Part shown: positions 13,606 through 24,836 of the stretch, piece by piece
How positions within the stretch are numbered: the stretch's first letter is position 1
How the letters are laid out: each line of letters starts with the position of its first letter
Source of the DNA: Ginglymostoma cirratum
Taxonomy: Eukaryota
NCBI GenBank assembly: GCA_024137785.1
Contig: JAHRHZ010000013.1
Coordinates: 14,054,535 to 14,118,534 of the forward strand
DNA length: 64,000 nucleotides
Direction: 5' to 3'
The notes under the pieces: model-generated
The model's input: only the letters and a program-made list of their open reading frames with translations
Database searches by the model: none
What the model was told of the DNA's origin: nothing
Program-made: the position numbers and the translations under genes

Positions 13606-14104
13606 ATTTTACATTTCTTTCTCATCCGGTTAGTAAAGATGTGCATTTGTAAAAATGTTAAATATCACTGCAATACAATTAATAAAGCACTCCGGCAATG
13701 CGGATAGTACAATGAACAGTTATTTCAGAATGTTTATTTGCACCTAATAGCGGTTGCAATTACTAGGACTTCCATTGTGTTCCTATTTAATCTTCAATCA
13801 CACCTTCATTTCACACCCCCAAACCCCAAGCATTGTAAAGCCCTTCCTTTTCTCTCTGGCTCAGAATCTCATCAAATCAGTGGCTTCTTGTAGTTCATAG
13901 GACAATTCAATCCCGGTAAAGTTAACTGATTTTTTGTTACTATTCCATTATTAGGTTCAAGCCGAAAGCTTTGTAGTGGACCTATTTATGCACCCACCTG
14001 ATTGTTGGTTAATTTATAATTTTACACATCAAAGCATCACAGACATTGTCACAACAATTTTGGTAAATTAAGTGGTGGCTGAATATGTAAACTATTAACA
14101 TTGA

Positions 14105-14550
14105 AACACAGAAAATAGTTGCAAGAGTAGACATTTGGTCCTTTGAGTCTGTACCACTATTTAATATGATCAAGGCTGATCATGCAATCTCAGTATCCCA
14201 TTCCCGCTTTCTCTCCATAACCCTTGATCCCTTTAGGCGCAAGGGCCAAGTCAGTTCCCTCTTGAATATATCTAATGAACTGGCCGCAACAGCTTCCTGT
14301 GGGACAGAATTCCACAGGGTCACAACTCTGAGTGAAGAAATTCTTCCTCATCTCAGTCCTGAATGTCTTACCCCTTATTCTTAGACTGTGATCCCTAGTT
14401 CTGGACTTCCCCAACATCAGGAACATTCTTCCCACATCTAGCCTGTCCAGTCTCATCAGGATTTTATATGATTCAAGAGACACCCCCTCCATTCTTCTAA
14501 ATTCCAGCAAGTACAAGCCCAGTCAATCCAGTCCTTCCTCATATGTCAGT
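14105..14550 (-). mobile_element. CR1 LINE 3' fragment
   Basis: ORF 14190-14516 LEFRRMEG..ESYKILMRLDRLDVGRMF..KSRTRDHSLRIRGKTFRTEMRKNFFTQ is the typical CR1 ORF2 C-terminus, followed by a CR1 3' UTR. Confidence 0.9.
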
Positions 14551-15639
14551 CAAAGGGGAGAATTAAAACCTCTGCCTTATCCTGTTCAATCTTCACATCA
14601 CTTAGACACTTTATCAAGGAACAAGCTAGCAATCTGCCAGACAAATATTACTTATTCAGATGTCTACAAGTAATTTCTTGACTGAGATTTATATGTGTTT
14701 AAATGGTCTGCATAATGTAAATGCTCCCTATGATGCAATACTGTTAATTATTTAACAATGTTTCATTTTTTGTACATTAGCAATGCTTCAATACAAAATA
14801 TCATTAAATCACAACTTCCTTGAATGGATACAAATAATCATGCATTTCAGACTTGTCTTCAATATTTAAAAGCACAGTTTTCTTGAAATGGTGTCAATTT
14901 TGATTAACTTAAAATGTTTTTGAAGAAAATGCATATTTGGGTGGTGACATCCGTATGAAACAGCATGGACAAAGGGACTTTTTCCAATAGATTACATCAT
15001 GAAAGGTGTTTTAAATCTATAAATGAAAACCTGGGGAAAAGCCATGACAGGCAATGATCCATGAAACTGCAAGGTCACAAAATGAGTAGAAGAATAATTA
15101 AGTAATTATGGATAAATATCTTCATAAAAGAGATGGATGATAACCAGCTGGACATCAAATTGATTATTATTATAACAGGCTGAAATTATCAAGTATTCCA
15201 TGAGATATGGCAAGGTAGATTACTTGATCATGCATTTCAGCCATTGGTAGAAATCCTGAACAGATTTGGAAGAATATGGGTGGAATATAGGATCATGAGT
15301 TGTATTCAAACTTCCAATTGCTTAGACCCACTTTAAAAATTATTAATTAGAGAGACCAATCAGAGAATCTAAAGTACATCTGGGATTGAATTCAATTGTG
15401 GAAGGGAGATTTCCATGGTTATGCAGTGGAAATGTGGATTGGATTAAGTTTGCTTGTTTTCCTTGTGGTTTTAAGGAGTACGCTTCCCAAAAATCAGAGC
15501 CTAACAGTTCAGGAAAGTTGTATATGCTTTTTCAGACCCTTAAATTCTGAAGATTTACTCTCAATGAGATTTATAATTAATGTTGAGGCACCTTGCTGTA
15601 ACAGTGGATAAACCCTAGAATGTCAAAGAGAAAAGAAGA

Positions 15640-16450
15640 AGAAGCAGCTTCACTCACGTAATACCTTTAACATAGCAAAAATGCCCCATGACTTCACAGG
15701 AACATTACCAGAAAGGATTTGGTAACTAACAACGCATGGAGAATTATAAAAGGGTTAGGGTTAGGGTTATATTGTTAATATATATTGTTAATAAAATATT
15801 GTTCAAAGAGGCAAGCTATAAGAAAGCACAAACAAGGTAGATTAGACACAGAATGCAAAAAATATCTGTCAATTTAAGTAGATGTCCATATATTTCTAGT
15901 AACAATTAACCATTTCACTTCCACTATAAGTGATCACCCCTTAAACTAGAATTGAATGGATCATAATGTCATACTGTGCAGATAAGGCCATTCATTCCAT
16001 TGAGTCAGCACCAGTGTATCTACACTAATTGCACTTTCTAACACTTTGCTCATAGCTTTGAATACTTTTTAAAGGTTGTGAGGTTTCTCACCCATCCCTC
16101 TAGCTGAAAATAACCTTTTCTCAAATCCCCTCTAAACCCTTCACCTTAAAATTATGCAGAGATCTCAGGAAGATGTGTTACTTGAGAATGTTGCAAAGCT
16201 AGTGAGAGGTAAGGACATGCAAGGATTTGAAAACAAGGCTGACAGCTGTAAAATTGAGATATTGCTGGACCAGGATCAGACGAAATCATGGACCGTAGTG
16301 GTGAGCAGTGACTGAGTTAGAATATGATTAGCTGGCTCAACTTTATGGAAGCTGGCAGTCAAACAGGAAAGCAATGGAATAGTCATATCTAGAAGTAGCA
16401 ATAAGGGACATGAAGATTTTAAGCTGAAAAAAGCTGAAATAGGTATGGAG
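15640..16450 (-). mobile_element. L2 LINE 3' relic with a nested CR1 tail (~15955-16158)
   Basis: Minus strand ATSRYDYSIAFL near 16365-16400 resembles the L2 motif VTSRLDYCNSLL; L2-type tail near 15640-15720. Confidence 0.55.
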
Positions 16451-17819
16451 CTATCTCACTCACACTAGCACAATGTTAGTACTCTGCTGTGGGTATGGTT
16501 TGAGGTACTGTGGTTTATTTGCAATTGCTTATTTTCTGCTTGATAATTAAATCTGCTATCTATTATGAAATCTTTATGGAGGCTAGCTCAACTTTGCTAA
16601 AAACAGCTGGTTTACAATTAGAACCAGAGGCAACAAAATTCAAACAAGTATTGTTGACAATGGAGTAACCATACAAATGCAAGCACAGTTTTAAGAAGAG
16701 TATTATAAACATGCCTCAAATACGATAATAAAAACCATAGAGCAATGAAAACTTCAGAAAGTAACAATCATCGAATATTGCAACTATGTTTAATTTGTAA
16801 GTTAGCACTTAATTTACATGAACTGTTAAAATACTTATAAGGATGAGAAATATCTACTATCCATGGGAAGCTAATTCAGTAAACTGACACCAGGAAAAGA
16901 CAAAAATTGAATTGCCTTAAGCAAGTATTGAAGCTAGATCTGGTTCCATGATTAATAACAGATGAACTAACATGAGATTATTTGTAAGGTAATCAGGTAC
17001 AGAGATTGTGATAATACTTGATGTTTGAACCCAGTTACAATAACTGCTTTGCCAACCCTCCCTACCATTCCCACCAACCCATCCCCTCCAAATAATGAGC
17101 ATTTGCAATTGTCTCAATTTGAATTTCATGTTCTATTGTATTAGGGGAGTACCTCTTTCAAATTTAGAGGAGTTCCTTGCAAATATGAGGGATTCTCCCA
17201 GTCTTTGACTTTAGTGGGAGCCCAAGAGTACTTAGATCTATTTTATTTGCATTAAGTACATTGTGTCATTTATGCACAATTAAAATTAAAGGGTCTAGAG
17301 AAACTGGATAGGGAGAAGGTGAACTCATGCAGTGACACAAACTAGTTGCTGAGGTCCGAGTACTCCTAAAACTAGTATCACAACGGCCATAATGATAACC
17401 ACTCCAAAAATGAGAAATGAATATGAGCAGTGGTGAATGGGTGATTGACATCGCTGAAAATAAAACCTGATTCAACAATCTTCTTTATAACTGGATGTGA
17501 GTATTGTACCAATGTGAAACGGTTATGACCATAAGTCAATGGTATGGTCTTATTGGGAGAAATCTGCATAACACCACAGAGAACAAATCAAAGAGAGTTC
17601 TTCAGATTAAGGATGACTTTTGTTGTCATGAGAATCAAATGTCTTACTTAAAAATCTCTCCATGACCGCACGTCACCCTATCTCAGAAGATTTACCAGCT
17701 GTATGCACTTCCAATTCTGATCTCTTGTGCTTCTTCAACTCCATTCACTCTATCATTTGTAATTACGGATGGAATCAATGGTCTGAGCATTGTGTACTGT
17801 CACAGGATTGCATGAGAGG

Positions 17820-19660
17820 CCTGGTAAGGCCTATCTTGATGTCACGAGCACCTCAGGTGATATTTGTTGCTTTTGACCCAAGATGCGATGAGTTTCTCAC
17901 TAGGCAGTGGCAAGTTGTCAATAAGGGGGATTATTGTTTGCTTAATTCCCTTCCAATTGGCCCAACTCACCTCATTAATATTCACCAAATCTGTCAAACA
18001 AGCTCCACATCAAGAAATGTCAACATGGAAGACAGAGCAGGTAGCTGGTGACTTCAGCTTGCCAGTTACTCTGAAGGAACCACACCCCCAGCACCCCCCG
18101 GCCACGTGTTAGCCAAGTGGCACCAATGTCTTAGGGTATGCTTCATGAGCACCAGTCACACGTATCCTACAATCACAAACATTGGCATTGGACATATGTC
18201 AGTCTCTAAGAACCCTCACAACATACATTAGGTCCATGGTACAGGGCATGTCTGCTCCTTAACGTTGCACCTTGGGCTGTACCAGCAGCTATCACTGTAA
18301 TGCTGTAGCAAGAAACACTGTGCACTCAGGGACACACACCCAGCTTATAGACTGGAACAGGATCCATGTCCAGGTTCTCACTAGCCGTGATGGAGTTCAC
18401 TCACTCCGAGCCTAGCTAGATGCTCACATTATCCTTACCTTTGTGCGCAATGCTCCCCAGCAGCAGATATCAGGCTCGGATTACTGCTGCCTTGCCTTGC
18501 TGTTCAGTGCAGACACAAAGGAACAAAACTTGTCATGTTTGTCAGCATTGTGGGCTCCATGTCTTTTGCAGGGACTGTGTGCAGCATTGTCTTCCAAGAG
18601 TGGAAGCCAATCTGCTCATACACCAATTTGGCACTTGCATATCTTCCCAGCATCTGTGCCACCTTACGGGGCACGTTGATTGTCCTTTGTCAACTCAACG
18701 GAGATAGCCTTAGCTTGGGGGTCCTAAAGCAGTGAGTCAGCCTCTGATACCAGCCCAAGGGCTTTCACAATGGTCAGTCAGCTGCTTGATGTAACCAGAG
18801 TCAAGATGGTCTCCACAAAAGAGGTGGGGAGCTGAATATCAGACACTCCACCACCCTCTTGACTGTTTCTGCCCCAGTGTGGCTTGATTTTCTCGTCGAT
18901 TGAGAGGCTGAGAGGGACAGGTATTCAAGGCACATAAAGTGAGTGGCTCAGCTGTTACACTTGAAGTAGGTAGGGAGGCATCCCGAGCAAATGTGTAGGC
19001 AGCATTGGGGGCATGCTGGCAAGGCGAGGATGGATGAAAGTGAGTGAAAAAAGATGTTGCAGGCAATAGAGTGATCGAGTATGAGCCTTGGTGGGAGGTG
19101 GGTGCAGTATTAGCGATATAGTGAGTGTGAGATATCGAATAAAGGATGGTGGCATTTATGTTGGTACAGTAGAGAAGGAAATTGAACTTCTTCCAACAGA
19201 CTGCATGATCATCTGTCATGGCTTCCCACTGCTGGTCCTGGGGGCAAGAGGGAGTCCTGTGCCAACACCACCCCAACTAGCAGAACCTCCAGGTTCCTGC
19301 CCACACAGCAGGGCATCAATACACACTCCAACTGCCATGCCTGGGTAAATGTCAGGAACCATGCAGGGCAGCTCTGATTGACAGTACTTGTCCAGGTACA
19401 CAATAGTCTCCTCAAGCTGGGTTGGTCAGAAGGGATGCCAGTTAATTCTGAAATATCCAGCAGTAGCAAAATTTTTCTGGGAAGAGCACACAGTAAGATG
19501 GGATTGGAATCAGAGGGGAGACCCACCTTCGGGGCTTGATGGGTTGTTGGTGAGGTGAGTTCCGTAAGATCTGGCAAGAAAGGTCTCTCGGTCTCACAGT
19601 GGAACAAGCATGAAAATCTCAAAGCAGCTGACACTTAGCCAAAAACTTTAACCCCGTGAT
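17820..19660 (-). mobile_element. Harbinger-related element carrying a Myb/SANT-like accessory ORF relic (copy A)
   Basis: GRNLEVLLVGV...QQWEAM...CWKKFNFL on the minus strand; collinear with 40690-42720 (shared aactcacctcattaatattca and other blocks). Confidence 0.55.
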
Positions 19661-19674
19661 TTCAGCTGCCCAGT

Positions 19675-19881
19675 TGCTAAACTCTGAAATTTCCTCTTGC
19701 CAAGCCTTCCCTCATCATTTAAGGTTCATGTAAAACTGGCTCATTGACCAAGGTTTTGGTGACCTGTCCCAATACCTTCTTAAGTGACCCTCTGTAAAAA
19801 GACATGTGATAATGCACCTGAGAAGTTCCTCGGGGCATTTTACTATATTAATTGCGCCATAGAAATACAAGTTGTTGTTGT
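19675..19881 (+). mobile_element. L2 LINE 3' tail
   Basis: ttgaccaaggttttggt...tagaaatacaag followed by a (ttg)n terminal microsatellite. Confidence 0.55.
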
Positions 19882-20597
19882 AATGATCTTACTGGGGCTT
19901 TTTTTTTTAACATTATTTATAATCGGGGTTGTTGCTTGTTTGAAACAGATGTATTATTGAGAATTTGATGAGAAAGGTTATACCTTGATCTGCTTTTCTT
20001 TTCATAAGGCAGTTATAAAAAAGCGACCTTTAGCAAAGTTAGGATTAACACCTGGTGAAATGGTTTTTGGATCACAAAGGTTTTCCAAAATGCCTGAAGA
20101 TGCTGAAGTACTATAAAGTAGTAAATAATAATAATTTTTTAATAAAGTCTGCAATTTAAAATGCTCCAAATTCAATCATTGTAAAGTCTATTTGTGGGGA
20201 CTATTTGAAAGGTGATTTCCCATACAAATGTTTGACTTTGATACAACTCGATTGTTCAAAAAAAAAGGAAAGGAGAATGAATGGAGTTAATGTTAAGCTA
20301 CAGAAATAAGTGGAATTGTGTCAGATGAGATGCCCAATCCATCTCCAATAAACCCACATCTGGGGGTAATGGAGATGAGTCAAGCTGTGGGTAATCACTT
20401 CACTCCCAGAAGGAGCTTGTTAATTTAAATACTTTACAAAGTCAGGTTTGTCAGGCATCAGAAAACACAAAACTCAAGGGATTCGGGCAAAGCTTCAGGG
20501 AGAAAGTAAGTACCTTTACAATGCCAGTTATGTACCAGCAGAAACAGGAGTATTTAACCCCACAGTTTCCCCAAGCTGGCTTTCTCCTCTTGATATG

Positions 20598-20900
20598 AAG
20601 GGGTTGGTCATATTATGGTACTGTCCCTAGACTAATAATCGAGCAGCGAAAGCTAATTTGCTGGGGATGTGGGTTCAAATCCTTTTGCAGCTGGAGGAAC
20701 TTACATTCGGGTAATTAAAAAAAACTCTGAAATTGAAAGCTAATTTCAGGAATGTTAAACACGAAGCTATAATTGCCATTAAAAAAACCCATCTGGTTCA
20801 ATAATATCCTTTCAGGGAAGGAAAATCTACTGATTTTTTTTGTGATCTACATATGACTTCAGACCCACAGCTACATTTATTCAGGCTGAGCAACGAAAAT
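20598..20900 (+). mobile_element. Degenerate tRNA-derived head of the SINE/LINE family seen at 49944
   Basis: B box ggttcaaatcc, then aaaacccatctggttca...cagggaaggaaaatct shared with 50115-50165. Confidence 0.65.
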
Positions 20901-21947
20901 CTGGCTATACCTTGCTATAAATCCCATGAACAAATGAAAACCCTGCACTTTAAAACACTGTTCCGTACAAAGACCTTCTGATAATGGATTACATGTGGCC
21001 ACCTCCAGGAAGGACCTTGACTCAAAAATGATTTCATGAGCTCCCTGTAAGCTTCCTACCAGGGGCTGAAAACTGGTTTGAAAAGCTATACCTCCCAACC
21101 TGGGTAGGGATATTGTTAAAATAAAATCCCTTCCAAAACTCCGTGCATCATGCAGAAAAGTCAATCTATATCCCTAGTAGATGGTGGAAAGGATTTTACA
21201 AAATAATGCCAGCCCTATCACACCAGATAGTTTCTGGTCATCTATTTTACGAGCATTACACACTTTCTTCCTATAATTGTTTTATTTATGGTGTTTGGTG
21301 CATTTGCAAGAAAATTAAAATATTGTTGGTGTTGAAGTGTTTCTGATATGCTATGTTAAGAATGACAAATTTCTGGCCAGGATTCCAGAGTCATGATTCA
21401 TTCTGAGAGATGTTCATAAACTGCTTAAGATTCATTCTTCCAATTTATGATGTCATGAGAGACATTTAATTGAACAGAGTATTTTAACTCCATGCTGACT
21501 GTCTGCCATTCTGTTCATACCCTGAGGTGTTTTCTGGAAACTGTACGGTGATAACTGTGAAATAACATTGAACACAGAGGTTATCTGTTCAATGCCTCAG
21601 TCTGGATTTCTATGGAAACAATTTAAAAATTGTCACTTACGAAAATAGCATCGATGTGAACCTCCTTTCTTGTATAGAGTAAATTTCAATGGGAACCATA
21701 CCATGACAAAGCAAACGTAATGTTCATTTCTGACTGGGTTATTCATGATTGTTTTATTTGCATATTAAATGATAAATCAGCATCCTTCAATATTTTTGGA
21801 AATTATAGGGATTTAAATAGTTTAATTGTGAGTAGAAAGAATCTTTAAAAGGTGACACTGCATTTCACTGGAAGTAAAGTGTACAATACTTCAAACTGTT
21901 ACTGTTAGGATTTTTAAAAAATTCATTCCTAGGGTGTGGACATTGAT

Positions 21948-22223
21948 CATAGAATCCCTCAGTGTGGGGGTAGCCATCCGGCCCATACTGACCCTCTGAA
22001 GAGCATCCCACTCAATCCCTGTAACCCTGCAATTCCACTGGCTAATCCACCTAGCCTGCACATCTTTGGACTGTGGGAGGAAACTGGAGAACCCAGAGGA
22101 AATCCCCACAGACATGGGGAGACTGTGCAAACTCCACATAGACAGTTGCCCAAGGGTGGAATTGAACATAGGTCACTGGCACTATGAGGCAGAAGTGCTA
22201 GCCACTGAGCCACCATACCACCC
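21948..22223 (-). mobile_element. HE1-type V-SINE
   Basis: tRNA head GGTGGCTCAGTGG...TTCAATTCC, V-domain gtggagtttgcacagtctccccatgtctgtgg...ggtttcct...cctcccacagtccaaagatgtgcagg, and CR1-like tail gattctatga. Confidence 0.9.
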
Positions 22224-23046
22224 ACAGTGCAATGCGAATAGCAAGGCCAATATTTATTTCTTGTGCCTAATTACTCTTCAGAAGTTTGTGGTGAGCTTCT
22301 TGAACTGCCACAGTCCTTACAGTGTAGGTACAACCACAATGCTTTAGTGAGTTAATTCCAAGGTTTTGATTAAGTGAAGATAAGGAAGCTGATGAAACTT
22401 AGAGGGAAGAATGCAGTTGTTAGTATTCTGTGTTTGTTCTTCCAGGAGCTGAATGCTTCATTTGTCTCTTAAACATAAACATAACAATCATGCATCAAGA
22501 TTGGATGAAACAAAAATGTGTTTTTTGTTATCTGAAGTGAAGACTTAACAGTATATATTGTATTTTGGGTGTTATCTGGGTGGTGAAGAATATATGTCTA
22601 ACACGTACCATCTGCCACTGTAGTACTGAGTGTACACCATGGGACAAATGTTGAGGTGGTAGTGATTGACAGCAGTTAAGATACCTCTTCATGAAGGAAC
22701 GTACACTTCATCTCACAACACTAGAGATCACAGTAGAGTTGTTGTTGAAGATGCCTTGATGAGTGTTGGACTTGTCCATGGGTGAAGTGAATGGTTATTT
22801 GAGGCAGCAGTTTCCACAGTCAGAATCGGAGCCTTCGTACTCATGGCAACCAGTTAAGATAATGAAGAGACTCATGGAAATCTTAGTGGGAAAGAGAAAA
22901 CTTGTTATTCAGCAGAGTGTAGAAGGGAAAGTCTGATCCCACCATAATCAAAGGTGTTTTAAATAATTGCATAATACATTATATACAGTGCAGTTAACTA
23001 ACAAACAAATGTTAAAAATGTAGTTGAATTCCTTTAGACAAATGGC

Positions 23047-23533
23047 TGTAAATACTAGAGAGAAGCCCCATCCCATCAGCGAGGGGATTGAAGGATAAAT
23101 AATGTAAACACCAAGGACCACATGCCGTGTAACAAGGAGTATAACAGAACCTTGTGAAAGGACACCAGAAAACAGATCACATTGGAAGGGAATATTTGCA
23201 AAACATTACTGCATTATTATGACCTTGGGAAGATAAACAATCGCAGCTTCACAAGGTGCCAAACAGCATCTGCTCACTATGACGCAGCAGGTAAATGTCT
23301 GGCAAGGGGTATAACGGTCAGAGGGGAGGTGCAAAGCACTGGTGTCAATGTTGCATGCAATCATTGTCGAGCAAATTGTATAAATACCCTGTAATTTATT
23401 GGGAGAGAGGGGGCGTCTTGGAGTCTGTCTCCAGTGACTTCTTTCAAGCTGCACGGTAAGGAGCTCCATATAAAGATTGATTGGTACTGCTGAACACGAG
23501 ACTCAAACTCCTCTTTAAAACCTTTCTCCAACA
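23047..23533 (+). mobile_element. Candidate solo LTR
   Basis: TGTA...AACA ends, TATAAATA near 23379 and ATAAA near 23470. The flanks atggc/atgag match only partly as a TSD. Confidence 0.4.
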
Positions 23534-24369
23534 ATGAGTTACAGCAGTACACCTTATTGATGGTGCACAATGCTGCTACTTGTGTATTGGTAGGGGAGGG
23601 AGTGAATCTTTAAGCTGATGGATGGTTTGTCAATCAGTTGGGCAGATTTGTCCTGGAAGTTATTGAGCTTCTTGAGTTCTGTTGGAACTACATTCATTTG
23701 GGTGTTGGCAGGTTCTCCAGCACACTTCCGGTTTTGCCTTGTTGATGATAGAAACAACTTTAAGGAGTACTAAGATGAGTCAGTTTATACAGAATTCCCA
23801 GTCTTTGAAATGGTGAAAGATCAGAGACCTGAAACTTTTGCTCTTCTCTCAGATTCTGCCTGATTTACTGAGCATTTCTGGCATTTTTTTGTTGTCAGAG
23901 TACTTTCATGCTGCGTCCTATTTAATTTCTGGTCAATGGTGATCCCTGGTAAACTAACAGCTGGGAATTGAATGTAAGTGGAAAGTGGTTAGACTCTTTC
24001 TTGTTAGACATGGTCAGTGGCTGACATTTGTTCAAATCTGGCTGCTCGCAGGCAAAGACTAATCTAGTATCTATAGAGTTCCAAATGGAGCTGTACACTG
24101 CCCAATCTTCAGTGGACATCTCTACTTCTGACCATATGATGGAGGGAAAATATTTGGTGAAGCAGTTGAAGATGGTTGGCCTAGACACTACCTCAAGGAA
24201 CCCCTGAAGCAATGTCCTGGAGCTGAGATGATTGATGTCCAACAATGACAGTCACCTTCTTTTGCACCAGGTGTGACTCTTAACGAGTGGATAGGTTTTT
24301 CCTTGCTTTCCATTGAGTTTAGTTGTGTCTATGCTCCTTGATGCTGCACTCAGTCAGGTGTTTTCTTCA

Positions 24370-24746
24370 TATAGTCATACAGTTATAGAGTCATAGAGTC
24401 ATACAGCACACAAACAGATCCTTCAGTCCAATCAATCCATGCTGACTATGTTCCCAAGCTAAACTAGTCCAAACTGCCTGCATTTGGCCCACATTGCTCC
24501 AAACCCTTCCTAATTCATGAATATATCCAAATGCCTTATAAATGTTGCAACTGTATCTGCATCCACCACTTCCTCTGGTAGGTCATTCCACACATGAACC
24601 ACTCTGTGTAAAAAAGTTGCCCCTCATATCTTTTTTAAATCTTTCTCCTTGCACCTTAAAAATGTGCCCTCTAGTTTTGAACTCCCCCACCCTAGGGACA
24701 AGACTCTTGTCATTCACCCTGTCTATGCCCCTCGTGATTTTATAAA
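24370..24746 (-). mobile_element. CR1 LINE 3' end
   Basis: YKITRGIDRVNDKSLVPRVGEFKTRGHIFKVQGERFKKDMRGNFFTQ and terminal (tctatgac)n octamer repeats. Confidence 0.9.
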
Positions 24747-24749
24747 CAT

Positions 24750-24836
24750 AAGGGTTATATCCGAAACGTTGACTGCTCCTTCTCTCCAGATGCTGCCTGG
24801 CTTGCTGTGTTCTTCCAGCCTCCTGTTTGTCTACCT
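24750..24836 (+). mobile_element. Penelope-like terminal fragment (related subfamily)
   Basis: A-GGGT-TAT-ATCC-GAAACGTT-GAC followed by gatgctgcctggcttgctgtgttcttccagc. Confidence 0.7.

Noticed and set aside
22150-22223. tRNA gene
   Set aside because: The A/B boxes belong to a SINE head, as at 49944, 51625 and 60563; no complete cloverleaf.
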